Source: Kudoa neothunni
Lineage: Eukaryota; Animalia; Cnidaria
DNA: 64,000 nt
NCBI GenBank assembly: GCA_964304625.1
Contig: OZ199838.1
Location: 10,485,817 to 10,549,816, forward strand
Direction: 5' to 3'
The translations under genes and the position numbers were made by a program. Below, one piece after another: positions 11,401 to 24,628 of this stretch; position 1 is the stretch's first letter; each line of letters begins with the position of its first letter. Below the pieces are notes generated by a model. It had not been told where the DNA came from. It was given only the letters and a program-made list of their open reading frames with translations, and did no database searches.

Positions 11401-12414
11401 GTCTTATTGAACAACAAACAATCTATCTCAATTATGAGGTGGCTAGAAGAAATGCACTCATTAGCCAACTTAAAAAAGAAAAAGACGAACTGTTCAACAT
11501 TAAATACATGCTTGAATGTCATAATCTGAACCAAACCAATAACAGCAACAACTCTATTAATACGAATAATGTACATAATGTGAATGATTTGCCTGCTGCC
11601 TACAACAACGGCTTTGACGATCCAAATTTTAGTTCTAATTTCCCTCTTGATTTCAATCAATGTATGATAATTTGTTGATTACATGAGGTTCTTGTTTATT
11701 GAAACTCTTCTCAATTTAGCCACCCCTATCAACAGTGGCAACCATCGGAACGATAACTCTTTCAACGATGCATCAACATTAAACTCTGACCCCATGTTCA
11801 CTTATCGACCTTCTTCTTTCAATAAAAGTCTGATGCATTCCACAGAATATTCAGTTGATGATTATCTTCGAAAGTTTGATATTGACATACCATCCCATCG
11901 TAGACTGACGGATTCCTATGTGGATTCCAACAATCAACAATGCTCGGTTTCCCATCCTTTTCAACAGTTTATTTGTAACGAAAGCCAATCCGGCTTGTGC
12001 ACCACTCCACCTTCTTATTCAAATTATTCCTTTACTAATGGTGCTGCTAACGGCTCCATGTGTACAAAAAATTCATTTCAACAATTCGGAAACCATCCAA
12101 TCAACAGTGTTTCCGATGTAACATTTGAAAACAAATACAACTACTCAACCACTAGAAATTCCACCGCTGTCGACTCAAGCTATCCAACCTCCAACAATAG
12201 TGACATATTCAACAACACCAACCATATGTATAACGTGAATAATGGATTTTCAACTGCTAGAAATAGCAACGATTTTCAACATCAACAATTTCCCTTGTGT
12301 AATTACGACACTTCTCAAGACCACAGTTCTTTAGGTGTCGCCCAAATGGACTTTAGTAGTTTGGTTGCCTTTTACGAATTACTTGCCGATATGTCCAGAA
12401 ATTCCAAATATTAA
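8468..12414 (+). CDS. MRTF: Myocardin-related transcription factor (MRTF)-like; exons 8468-8480, 8650-8715, 8761-8816, 10698-11661, 11720-12414
   Basis: Spliced product has RPEL-like repeats (LENHLVNRESRESLIQKGIL; MNEKLRSRPNINVLIEKNIL, 44 aa apart as in MRTFs; LSDHLVTRPSPIDLLNCQIL). It also has a B1-like basic box (KKAKKYSFHDVTPDK vs MRTF KVKKLKYHQYIPPDQK), a Q-box-like KRLIEQQTIYL and a coiled-coil segment. All introns are GT-AG and phases are consistent; the first exon is least certain. Confidence 0.8.
10797..10820 (+). repeat. (AAC/AAT)n coding microsatellite giving poly-Asn in MRTF
   Basis: AACAACAATAACAATAACAACAAC encodes N8. Confidence 0.8.
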
Positions 12415-12749
12415 CACTTTTTTCAATTAATATTGATTTTTTATTATTTTGTACTTGTTAATTTACAGTTTTTAAATTGTTTTTTTTTAATTTCTAATGC
12501 GATATTTTATCTATTGGTGGCTGGCTCACAGAATTTGGTTTAAATTAGAGAATTCAAAAAAGTTTTTTTGTTCTCAAGATTGAATATAGTGAAAAATGAT
12601 AAAAGAGATCGACATTTTTATAAAATAAATATGTTAATTGCATTTTATAAGATGACATCCTCCCGATTGAAGCATTTTGACCAATTTAATGCGTTTCAAA
12701 GTACAGTTGAATCTCGATTATTCCTACATAAGGATTGTTTACTTGATTT

Positions 12750-13183
12750 ATGATAATTTTTAACTATTTTTTAGGTAAAATAATTTTGATTATGCAATTT
12801 AAATTGAAAATGTTGGCATATCTGTTAATTAAGAGTATGGAGACTTGATAGAAAGAACAGTAATTAATGCATGTTTAGTGAACATGCGGATAAATGTATA
12901 GATATAATATAAATTTATATTAGAACTAAATGCTTAACTCAAGTTTTAGAAGAAAAATTTATGAATAATTAACCTAGAACTATGTTTCTTTTAAATATTG
13001 CATCGTTATATACGCTAAATTATATATGTCGTAGGGTGATGTGTAATGTTTCTATCCTGAATTATGACTATATAGTTTTTCCGATTTCCGGTTACCGAAA
13101 TTCTGGACAATCGAACATTAATTGACACATTATTCCAATAAAATAAAATTTAAAATATCTTCCGGACAATCGGGTTTCGACTG
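12750..13183 (-). mobile_element. Partial inverted copy of pogo/Tigger-like MITE family C
   Basis: Ends in CCGGACAATCGGGTTTCGACTG|TA. The interior is reverse-complementary to about 24050-24500. Left boundary approximate. Confidence 0.65.
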
Positions 13184-13750
13184 TACATTCATTCATCTAA
13201 GAGTAATAGTATAGATTTATGCATTCTCTAATTTTAAAACTGATATAGTGAGTATTGAGAGGCTCAGAAGCCTTGGCCATCATATATGAAAGGTAGAATG
13301 GCATCCGCAAAGTTACAGACCATTAATGTAAATGCTCATATTTATAAATAAGAAAATATATTAAAAGCAGTTGTTCACATTTAAAATGTACTAAAAATTG
13401 GTTTAAAAATTACTAATTCGTCTGAATATATGTAAAAAATTTATCGGTTATTACGAATTTTCCACTGTTTGTTTGATAACAAATTCCATTTACATTGCGA
13501 TTACTCAAGAGTTAATTTCTAGAATTATTGCTATTGTTGAAAAATAATTATCAAGAAAAGCTATAAAATTCAATATTATTATATCAAATTTTCTATCATT
13601 ATTTTTTCCTATATGTATTAGAAGAATTTATTATAACATGAACTAGACTAATATTTTGAAATTACGAGAATCTAATCAGCAGTTCTTGATAGGGATAATT
13701 GATCAATTTAATTCTGAACGTTAAACTAATGTATTATTCAAAACCAAATT

Positions 13751-15517
13751 GGCAGTGTCTATTTTGCCGGAAGCGCTTTTTCTCTTAAAATAATAATTCT
13801 ATTGTTACTATTTTTTCCAAAAACTATCTTTTATAAATGCATAATATAAACTTAATTTCATTGATTTTCTAATTTACAGTAAGGCATCAAAATACATCGA
13901 GGATATTTTTCATTTTTGAATCAGTATCAATAGAAAATACTTAAAGTTTTCAACAAATCAATATATATTTCTCTATTAAAGCTGATTTTATGTGGTAGAA
14001 CGTCATAAACGAGTAAGATGACCTTTAAAATACAGCTGTAACGATGATAGTACCGAGTTCAATCATTATGGAAGGAGAGTCTGATCACATGCTACTTATG
14101 CAAGGTATTACACCAGATCTTGAGTTTGGTGATGCATTCCTGAACTTTGGAAAAGCTAAATAATCAATGGAAAGATACTCAAAGCGTAAGCACATTTGTT
14201 ACTTGGTCGGATATTCTAGAAAATTCTCGACAATAGAGGTTTTGCTAGTGATTTTCTAATTTTGTTTATCATGTATTGGGACTGAGCGGGAAGCTAAAGC
14301 AGTTAGAGAGCTAATAACTCCAACTTTTGAAAAATTAAACTCAAACACTGACGTAAAGTATAACGCATCATTAATGTTATACGCATAAAATATTACGTAG
14401 GTTGAAATAAATAATTAAATCGAATCTTATTACAATAATTGCACATTTTACTTCTACATAAATATAAAGTTACCACGTAGGCACATTATATCTACTAGAA
14501 AAAAATAAATTGGGATTTATATGACAGAAAAATTTGTAATAGGAGGTGGAACAAGAATAATTACATATTATTTATTCAAATGATCAAAGATATACATATT
14601 CAGAATTATTTGTGTTTTGTGCAGCCAGCAATTACCAAAATTTCAAGTTAATGCCTTTCTCCGAATTCTACATTTAAGCGATATGGGAAACTAAAATTCT
14701 CTATAAGAAAATAGCATCGTTAAGTTCTGAACAAACAGGACTTAATATGATTTAGTAAACAAGATTTTTGATGAATTATTCGTGCTCATTTTTTCCATTA
14801 TTCATATATCAACATAATTTAAGCCAAATTAACGTCTGAATCTATTATCAGCAACAATCAAGAAATTTCAGATCAATATGTAATGAGAGTGCCTTTAATA
14901 AAGTTTTTATTTTGTGTATGGGTACTGAGGTATCACAAAAGGAGAATGTGGATATACATGAAGCATTTCGTGATAACGACATATCATCAATAACTGATAT
15001 GGAAATCTTAAATATTGTAGATGATTCTACAGATAAGATTTTATTTATTTAACGAAATTCGCCAAAAGTAGTGAAGTTGAGAGGTGGACCAAAAGTGTAT
15101 TACAAACAGTTAGAGATTTTAGATAAAAAATTTTTTAATATGATGATAATAATATAACAACAATGTCGATATATAGAATTCGAATATAATTTTATGTGAA
15201 ATTACACAGTACCAATTATTTACAGATTAAAAGGTAGAAAATTCAATATTTTATTAAATATTAGTGGCGTATAAATCATTTAGCGGAATATTTATCATAT
15301 TGCAAGAATTTTACAAAGTGAATGGGCTAACTAGTTATACTACACCTTTGTTTCATCCGGATTTTATTGACCAAAATTAACTATGGTTAAATGCGTTCCT
15401 GAATTAATGAAATAAAATTTATATTCTTCATTTATAAAAGATAATTTTTGGAAAAAATAGTAGCAATAGAATTATTATTTTAAGAGAAAAAGCGCGTCCG
15501 GCAAAATGGACACTGCC
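13751..15517. mobile_element. Mutator-like (MULE) non-autonomous element with ~110-bp TIRs and 9-bp TSD
   Basis: TIR GGCAGTGTCTATTTTGCCGG... at 13751 with its reverse complement ending at 15517. Flanks AACCAAATT / AACTAAATT (8/9 match). Long TIRs plus a 9-bp TSD are Mutator hallmarks. No intact ORF. Confidence 0.8.
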
Positions 15518-15840
15518 AACTAAATTTATGTACAGTAATGCAGTGTTATTCAACTCTCTGAGAAAATATTAATAGGGCCCATTAATAAGATAACTCACGA
15601 TTTTTATGGCAACAACTATCCTAAGATGTCATGTTGAATATGAGAACATTACTCATCGTGAAAAGTGGTATTTAATTTTTCCGTATAAAACCAACTTACT
15701 ATTAAATATTACTGGAAAAAATATTTCTTTATTGTTTAAAATGATTTTTAATATGATATAAACAATCGAGAAGGAGCTAGCGTTCAAATAGTGGTGCGTG
15801 TGAGCCTTCCGAAGAATAACGAATCTGTTCAGTCGTCGCA

Positions 15841-16621
15841 ATGCAAGCACCATCCTTCGACCCCATAAAAAATATCTCTAATGTATGTTTTTTTTAATTT
15901 TGATTAAAAATTTTTATTTTTACACTTAGACTATAAAAACTGAACAACGATCTGTCTATATACCAACCAATAGGGTGGCACCGTTGAAAACTCATTGGGA
16001 ACGTATCTACAGACCGTTGGTGAGTGAAATGAAGCTTATGGTTCGCTTTAACATACAAAAAAACTGTGTGGAAATAAAAGTTTGCTCCATTTTTATATGG
16101 TTTTTATGTTATTTGATAGACATGTGAATCAACTGAACACATGTCTTCGTTGCAAAAGGCAGAGGATTTTGTTCGTGCTTTTGCCACTGGTTTTGAAGTT
16201 GAGGATGCTATGGTTTTGCTTCGTTTAGATGATCTCTATGTGGAATCATTTGATGTAACCGACGGTAATCAACAAATTTGGGCTTGTTTGAGTTTTTTAT
16301 TCTATTAATTTAGTAAAACCACTGAAAGGAAGTCACTTATCTCGCGCTATTGGACGTATTGCTGGAACTAATGGTAAAACTAGGTATACAGTTGAGAACA
16401 GCACGAAAACTAGAATCGTTTTAGCAGGACAGTATAACATTTATTATTTTGGGGCGTGTGTTTTACTAAAATGAATTTATAGGAAAATCCATGTGTTGGG
16501 ATCGTTTAAAAATATAAGACTCGCCAGAAATTCCATATGCAATCTTATCCTTGGCAAACCTCCTTCTAAAATACATGGACAAATGAGAAATGTGGCTTCT
16601 ATGATGAAACACAGTTTCTAA
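15841..16621 (+). CDS. PNO1: RNA-binding protein PNO1/Dim2 (40S maturation, KH domain); exons 15841-15882, 15930-16079, 16120-16264, 16314-16431, 16483-16621
   Basis: Spliced translation ...[25 protein letters not shown]...[76 protein letters not shown]...[18 protein letters not shown] matches PNO1. Four GT-AG introns of 40-51 nt. Missed by the ORF track. Confidence 0.95.
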
Positions 16622-16712
16622 TTATTTCTATCACTGTAAACTGTCCATTTGTTAAAAATTGGTTGTTGGGTTTTTGCTTCAAAAGGTCCGGTTTTCTTCC
16701 TTTTATATTATT

Positions 16713-17866
16713 ACTAGCGCGAACTGCCCAGCGTTGCTTGGGGAAGATTTCGCATAGAGACGTTTATTAATAACATTCAAAAAAATATTATGTTTCAAAT
16801 TGATTTATAGAGGCAGTCTAACTGAATTTTTTTAAGCATCATACTTTGTCGATTTTGATGTCGAAATTTAAATTATGGTCATTTCTGTGCAGGAGTGTAT
16901 CATTCCTGGTTTTTAATTAACAATTTCTTGTCCCGGCAACAATGCTAAATAATTTAAGGTCAGTGTCATATTTATTTTGATTTCCGAATTATTTAAATTC
17001 CCTTAAAGTGCTATTTAAAACGATATTTTTTGACCTAAGGATTTTTCAAAGTCGGATTCTGGCTCGGCTCGAAAAGTTTTTCCTATATTTTTTCGGGAAA
17101 TACAACAGATATAGAGATAGAAGAAAATTTACGAGAATTGATTTTTATTAATCAAATTATTATCTCTTGGTCCGGCATAAACTTTAGTGCACTCTTTCTC
17201 AAACAACCAAAAATCGCTTCAATATCAACATAAATAATTTATAAATTAGATGAAGTAAGAGTACAACCATCTACATTGAATTTAATCACTGAAAGTTCAA
17301 CATAGCGGACGATTTCAACTAAATCTACGACCACAGTGCGTGTATTCTAAAGCTTCAATATATCCTATTATGGCATGCTCTACCAATTCGTTATTAATAA
17401 TGCAAACATGGACTTTTTTTCATATTTAAAACCATTAATATAACTTTCAAAATATGCTTATCAAGTCCAATACGTTAAAACTCCCGAAATAAGGATTTTA
17501 TTTGCGCAAACACCAAAGTAGACACGCCAACGTTATACATAAAGATAGATGACATCGCTTAATGGACATTTAATAGAACATATAAGGGAGAATGTTAACT
17601 TCAACCGACCCTCACTATGACATGAGCAGGTGTTAAACCTATTGTTGAACTCAAGTAATACGATAAACAAACTTTGAAACGACAAAATCACCATTTTCTA
17701 AACACTTCTGGGAATATTTGGTACTGTGAAAATGGTTTTAAGATTTTTTGAAACATTGTGTTTTTTAAAAAATTACATGAATGTCTCTCTATAAGGAAAA
17801 AAATTTTGACGCACATGTGTACTTGCTGACACACACATACACGGACACTTAATGTTATGTATATAC
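16713..17866 (+). mobile_element. Putative non-autonomous Helitron-associated (Lep1/DINE-like) repeat
   Basis: Starts ACTAGCGCG..CCCAGCGTTGC and ends in ACACACATACACGGACAC..ATATA. Interior is shared with about 45790-46347. Similar ACTAGCGC heads at 37278 and 59760. Class assignment is inferred from end-motif resemblance only. Confidence 0.45.
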
Positions 17867-19299
17867 ATGCAATAAGGTCTCGATATTGCAAGGTTCGATA
17901 TAGGGTAGTCGACATTATTTTCAAATTTCTGTAACCAACATTGTAACCTTTTCGATGTATATAATCTTCTATTCTAGCGTTATACCTTAAAAATAAGAAA
18001 TAAAATTTAAAACCCGCATTTTTTGCAAAATTCAGGGTCTTGCTATTGGGCAATGATTACTTCAATTTTAATCCGATAAATCCACTAAATTACACACATT
18101 CGAACGTTCGGTATTGTGAAAGAAGAAAGAAATTTTGGTAAAAAATTGGAATTACTCAGTATTAGGATTCAATTACCTCAACCTGAAATGCCAAAGAGTT
18201 ACTCTATAGCGCCATCGAATTTCATGAACTCTGTTATTGTGAGTTTTATTCAAATTAAAATTAGTTATCCTTCTCTGAATAGAATTTTATCCAACACATC
18301 TGATATAATGAACTCCATTGTTCTCTCCGTAAAGAAATTACAAATAAAAAATACATCCAACTTCAAATTGCGTTATATGGCCGGATTTTGTCAGGATATT
18401 AAAAAAAGGAAAATATTCTAGAGTTTTTATCACTGAGAAGGTAAAATATTTTGCCGATGATCTTGAATCACTGGTTTAAGTGGAGCAAAAGATTTTCTTA
18501 CAAATTTTAAGATTCTCTGTCGTTTGAAAATTTACTCTTCTGGAGAAGGGGGAAAGTTGATGATAATATTGTTAATGATTAAGAAATCAAATTTTATAAG
18601 GTAAAAAATAGATTTGAAAAATAAAACATTAAATCTCGGTGAGACCGCCCTTTCCTAACAACAATACACTCAACAAACATGATATAAAGGAGTTGAATTA
18701 AAACGAAATGGAACAATCAAAAACCCCGTAATAGAATTATAGAATGCTTAATATATAAAGATAAACACCCCCATAGTGTCATTGGCAAATTTAAAGAGAA
18801 CCCCTGTTTTAAAGGAATTTCTGTATTTTCTGTTAAGTATTAACGATTAAATAAGGGGTTGGATGTCTTGAACTATCTTTATGCTATTTTAAAAACTCTT
18901 GATGAAAAGTTCGAATATTATTAGATCGATGCCATTCACATCCTTAATTTAATAATACAAACAGGATAAATCATTTTTTCGACAAAAATAAAAAATTTAT
19001 TCTAGTTGCGCACGCGCAAAAACTGATATGGGTAGTGATTTCTTATTGGCAGTAAAAGCTCATTTCCCGATTTATTGCTTAATATCGAGACCTTACTGTA
19101 ATAGACTTAAGTTAATATTATATTAAAAAATTTTCAAGTTTGTAGAATCAAAGGAAACTTATATGCTCTGTTTTAAAGAATTCTTAATTATTTCATATAT
19201 TATATAAGGATTTATATGACTAGATAGTTTTCATTAATAATTGAGCTGTTTTTGGAACAAACAAGTGCCTATATTTGGACTACTCACTAATTATGATTA

Positions 19300-20529
19300 C
19301 AGTATTTCACGATCAAGATGCAAACTACTCGCATGTTCATCCTGATTGTCCAACCAGGATGCAAACATGTCCAATCAAGCTGCAAATTGCACGCGCATTT
19401 TCACGTTTTCTCCAGTTAAGACATAAAAGCATGCCTGATCAAATTGAAAATAGTAATTCTAATAGGAGAACGTATGAGATTGTTAATGCCAAAGATAGGG
19501 CTAAAATTAATGACCATGTCAAAATGAGCACAAATTTTAAATGATTATTAAAATAATTAAGATGGGAAAGACGAATCGTCAAATTTCCGAGTCATTAAAA
19601 ATTCCCGAATCTGCAGCAAGTAGAACAGTTAAGGGAGTCAATGACATCGGCTCGTTCCATAGGCTAGCAACTGGAGGAGATCGTCGCTCATTGTTGAATT
19701 AAGTGCACAAACAATTTTTACTTGCGGAGGAGGTAATAACTGTACGCTGGCATTCAATCAGTTGTCAGAGAAGCTCTTTCAAAAATTTTCCATTAGCGTT
19801 TCTCGCCAAACTATTAATAGAGTTTTGAAAGAGTTTCATTACATCTAAAAAAATATCCTTTGTGCCTATGGATAGGAATTCTACTAGGACAATTTCATTA
19901 CGATTAGAGTGATGAAGTGACCTATATATCTTATCTAATGTTTTCTAGTTATGTAAACGAATTCATAAGATTGGAGCCTAGGTATTCGGAAATATTGTAT
20001 ATAGATGAGTCAGGATTTCCTCTATCAACTCCTCGTTCCCAAGGTAGATCCCTTTCTGGGACGAGAGCAAACTTAAAGGTCAAATACATCAGATCTCAAA
20101 ACCCATCATTATTAGCAGCGATGGGTGCCAAAAAATTTGGAAATTTAAAATTCACAAAGGAGGCGTGAACCAGTCCGTGTTTTCGTCACTTCTAGAAGAT
20201 CTTTTTAAAAATTTGGAGGCGAGTTCCGTCGAAAAAGCTATTATTACTACCACCGTACTCATCCATTTTCAACCCAATTGAAGAAGTTTTGGAGAAACTG
20301 AAATCAATTGTTAAAAGGATGGCATCAAAAACACGATGGGCTGATTGAATGTATGGAAAATAGTCCGACCCGAATAACCGAAACCAACTGTCAAAGCTAC
20401 GTGAGACATTCACAACCTTATTTTTCAGCATCCCTGCTTAAGAACCCCATTAACAATTAATACAAAAACTATTATTTAAATATAAAATTTGTTGATTTAC
20501 CATTTTTGCATCTTGATCGTGAAATACTA
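19300..20529 (+). mobile_element. Degenerate Tc1/IS630-like DNA transposon
   Basis: 25-bp TIR CAGTATTTCACGATCAAGATGCAAA at both ends with TA TSD. Transposase remnants YIDESGF (about 19998) and LPPYSSIFNPIEEV (about 20247), with many stops and frameshifts. Confidence 0.85.
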
Positions 20530-20558
20530 TACATGCAGGCCAATCAATGTGTCGAGAA

Positions 20559-22051
20559 CAAGGTTGCCAGGCGATATCTGTAAGTCGTACCAAATGATGT
20601 AATGGAAATATACCCAATAGTACCAACAAATTTATAACCTTATTAAAATTTTAAAAAGATACCACATTTTACAAAAGGTACAAAAAATAGGGTTCTAATG
20701 ACCTAAAATTAATCGAAACAGAAAAAATAGTTCATAGGATCTACTTATATTAAACTATTAATCGATTATCACTGTCCTCCTCATCGTATAGATTCATATT
20801 TTCCATCATTCTAATTAATTGGTCAGATGGATTCCATCTCATGCGACTGGCGTCTCTCAGTAAACATTCAGAATATAATAGAGCATTTATTGTCCCATCT
20901 TACAATATAAATCTGTTTTTTAACTTTGCTTTTATTCGCTAATGAAAATAATCTGTCTGCAGATCCAGACGAATGAGGCAAAGCACGTATAGACAACATT
21001 AATTTTGACAGTAATGGACACTGAAATGTTTTTCCTCTTATTTCATTTGTGGCTGTATATCAAAATTTTTTTTAAAAAATGACCATTATTTACAGGCTAA
21101 ATTCTATCTAGTCAATATCCAAATTTAAATACTCATCTTCGGCGATAATATTTGGAAATCTCTTCGAGAGGGGTATAATGGAATGGGGTTTTCTTTCATT
21201 GACATTTGCAGGATGGATTGCTTCAAATAATTCTAAATGCATAGATTTTGTGATGGTCCAAAACCTTTGAAATATCTATTTCGTCAGTAGTAAATAGAAA
21301 TCCAGAGTTTTGGTCAGAAATTAAACAGGATTTTGAGTATTTATTCCAATAGTATTTTCTTTCTAAATAGATTCTACTTTCGGTCCATAATAAAACTTCT
21401 CCGGAGGAATATAATTTTAGGGATATTTAAAATTTATGCTACAGAAAGTGCTATTTTTTGATCAGACTTCTTCTCAAAAATAATTAAGATCGTTTTAATA
21501 ATATTTTCAAAGAATTCCATAGTTTGTGAACTCTAAAACTCTCACCATGTGATTCGACGTTGAGTTTATTGACTATGGGCAAGATAAAAATAAAAAAAAT
21601 ATAATACATTTTATTTATAGGTTTGGAGGGAGATGCAAATATTTTAGGTATGGATTTAGAACCGTTTTATAATGTTCCAACCTTGAGAAACATTGTGAAA
21701 ACCGCCCATTCTTCCGGTATTTTCTTAACAACATGCTCGAGAAACCGCTATCATGCGCTGCAGAGATATAATATTTTCTGAAGCTCAATGCCGAGTAACT
21801 TTTTTGAGTCATTATATTCATTTTGACTTTTGGATTTATTTGAACGATATGAATGGATACTTCGCGCAAGTATCCTAACACATTGGTTCATTACATGGCA
21901 TGCATCATGCATTTATAAAAATTCTATCTCGAAATTAATTGACCTTAAAACTTATCGAATTGTGTCTATATCGTGCCAAAAGTACCGATACCTTTTTTTA
22001 GAGCGAAAACGTACCATTTTGGTATGTTTCGTACCAACTCTGGCAACCCTG
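20559..22051 (-). mobile_element. Degenerate hAT transposon relic
   Basis: Minus-strand FQCPLLSKLMLSIRALPHSSGSADRLFS (about 20935-21025) matches the hAT C-terminal dimerisation motif. Imperfect TIR CAAGGTTGCCAG / CTGGCAACCCTG and GTACC subterminal repeats at both ends. No recognisable TSD. Confidence 0.55.
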
Positions 22052-22097
22052 TCACCGTCATTTATTGATTGCGCATTTACACTACGCACTCAAGACC

Positions 22098-22590
22098 ATG
22101 AGGAGGACAGTAGGACTGAAAAATTCTCGACCACCTCCAGATGGGTATGATTTGATCGAGCCCACTCTTGAAGAGTTAAATCAGAAAATGAGAGAAGCTC
22201 AGACCGAATCACACGAAGGAAAACGTAAAACCGAATCACTGTGGCCTGTATTTCGTATCCATCATCAACGATCTCGATACATATACGAATTGTATTATAA
22301 AAGAAATGCTATCAGCAAAGAACTTTATCAATACTGTCTCAATGAAGGCATTGCTGATGGGAATCTTATTGCCAAGTGGAAAAAACCAGTAAATTTTACA
22401 TTGTAGATTCGTTGTTTTTATTTTATTTTGGGCTATATAGGGATACGACAATTTGTGTTGTTTGAGATGTATCCAACCTATCGATACCAATTTCGGTAGT
22501 ACATGTATTTGTAGAGTACCAAAGAATAATTTGGATGATGGTCGTCCTATAGAATGTACGAATTGTGGTTGTCATGGCTGCTCGGGATGA
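22098..22590 (+). CDS. BUD31: Splicing factor BUD31/G10; exons 22098-22388, 22441-22590
   Basis: [23 protein letters not shown]...[24 protein letters not shown]...IAKWKKP|[26 protein letters not shown]...[12 protein letters not shown]. 52-nt GT-AG intron; AATAAA at 22682. Confidence 0.97.
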
Positions 22591-22931
22591 GAGTTGCTCA
22601 GATCTCTATAGATATAGGGATTTGAATCAATGTATTAGGTTTTTTTTTCGAACACCCAATCTATAGTATTGTTGTTATTTAAATAAAATTGTCTATTTAT
22701 ATGAAAGGGGAATCAATGGAGAGATTGAAATGATTTTAAAATTATTTTATTGAAAATATCTCTAATGAGAAATTAAAAATCATCGTCGGTGTCAATTACA
22801 TCACACACATACATATATAGATAGTCGATTGTTAATTTTTAACTCTCAACGGAAATATTATTATCTTTGCTAAAACTATTAGATGTGTATGGTGGGATCG
22901 AGTAGGGACTTGAAACCAGTGTCGGGCAGTT

Positions 22932-23924
22932 ATGATCGATCAGTATGTAGCTTCGTTCGGTGTGCTAAGATATATCGTATTGTTCTCATCGATCACTTGT
23001 GCGTTGGTTCTTTTGGCCACTGCAATCATTCTTCTACTGCTGTTGAAGCATTGCTCAAATTATAGAACTGGATTCTATGTGACCATCACATGTTTGTTTT
23101 GGTTGGATTCTGTGAATAGTTTGACAATCACACTTGTGAGATACACTATCAACTTCACCGCATCATTCACCTATTTGAATTGTTCAGTGGTGACGCTGAT
23201 TATTCGTGTTGTGGATATATGGACCACATGTATTTTATTGTTTTTGGTGTTGGAAAGATTTATACGATACACCCATCCTGATGAATACATGAATTATATG
23301 TACAATAATTCGATCAATTTCACATTGGTTTTAATATGTCTACTTTTATCTGGAAGTATGATTGTTTGTGATCTTTTTTGGACCCCTATCAGTAAACCAA
23401 ATCTCCACAAGGTGCACATCCAATACTGTTTATATTCGACAATAATGAGTCCAAAATATGGTATTTCCTATTTGGTGATATTTCAAGCATTACCTACAGT
23501 GTTATTTTTGGTTTTTGGTTCCATCCTTGTTCATATCTCGAAAAAAAATATCAACAAAAGCTCATCTGATAGTCCACCGCCGTATTTCCGATATGCCAAT
23601 CATGAACTTAGACGACGAGATTATTATCTTGGTTATTCGGTTGGAATAATTGCATTATTGAACGGGTTTCTTGTGATGCCCATTATGATCATTGACATAA
23701 TAGAGTTCGCCTCAGTTATTTGGAAGAAAAATATTCATATTCCCGACTGGGGTGTTTCCACTTCACTCATCATCACCATCTATCTGCCATTGTTAGTTTC
23801 TATAGTGTTCTGGGTGATTAATTCCCATTTGTGGAGACATACCATTGTTACTTTGAATATTTGGAGCAGTAATCCCACCACATATACGCATGAACGACGC
23901 CCTATTAACTATACATTCTTCTGA
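22932..23924 (+). CDS. Orphan rhodopsin-like 7TM GPCR (paralog 1), intronless
   Basis: Seven hydrophobic segments, TM2 Asp (FWLD), TM3 Cys, LERF (DRY equivalent), ECL2 Cys (QYC), TM5 Pro (FQALP), TM6 Pro. Clearly similar to 34287-35336. Confidence 0.85.
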   Translation: MIDQYVASFGVLRYIVLFSSITCALVLLATAIILLLLLKHCSNYRTGFYVTITCLFWLDSVNSLTITLVRYTINFTASFTYLNCSVVTLIIRVVDIWTTCILLFLVLERFIRYTHPDEYMNYMYNNSINFTLVLICLLLSGSMIVCDLFWTPISKPNLHKVHIQYCLYSTIMSPKYGISYLVIFQALPTVLFLVFGSILVHISKKNINKSSSDSPPPYFRYANHELRRRDYYLGYSVGIIALLNGFLVMPIMIIDIIEFASVIWKKNIHIPDWGVSTSLIITIYLPLLVSIVFWVINSHLWRHTIVTLNIWSSNPTTYTHERRPINYTFF

Positions 23925-24022
23925 CTTTATTTTTGATTGCTCGTTGTAAACAGAATTAGTTTTATGTAACTGTGACATTTTTTGTGCTGTCTTTTGTCGA
24001 CTATAATATATTAAATGATATA

Positions 24023-24628
24023 CAGACGACTCTCGATTATCTGGAAGAGATTTTAAATTTTATTTGGATTTTAGTGACATTACATGCCGATAAATGCTCG
24101 ATTATCCGGAAACCGGAAGAACTATTTAATCATATTTCCGGATAAAAGTAGCACCCATCATTGTACGACATATACAATGTTGCATATATACCATGCAATA
24201 TCTAAAACAAAAGTATTTCTAGGTTATTTATTAATAAATTATTCTTTTAAAACTTAACTTAAGCGTCCAGTTCTTATATAAATTCGTACTATATCTGAAC
24301 ACATACCTGTATGTATATTAAACAAAAATTAATTATCGATTATTTAAATAAATAGGTTACTCCTCTGTAGACCTAAAAACTGCAATAATTACGTACTGTT
24401 TTTCCCTTAAGTCTCCATATTCTTAGTTTATAGATATGTCAACATTTTTAATTTGAGTGGCAGAAATTAAAATATTTTACTTAATAAATAGTATAAAATT
24501 GTTTATTAATCACGTCAAGAATTGTTTAAGTAGAAATTTTAAAAACTACGCGCGCACAAACATTGTTTAGGTTCGATCAACCGGAACCTCGCTGGTCTCA
24601 GACTTTCCGGATAATCGAGGTTTGACTG
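24023..24628. mobile_element. pogo/Tigger-like MITE family C
   Basis: TIRs TA|CAGACGACTCTCGATTATCTGGAA and TTCCGGATAATCGAGGTTTGACTG. Second copy at 12750-13183. Confidence 0.7.

Noticed and set aside
8468-12414. RPEL protein as PHACTR
   Set aside because: RPELs are N-terminal and followed by B1- and Q-like boxes; there is no C-terminal RPEL triplet or PP1-binding tail.
18116-18421. 101-aa ORF
   Set aside because: No homology recognised in any frame and no convincing gene structure.
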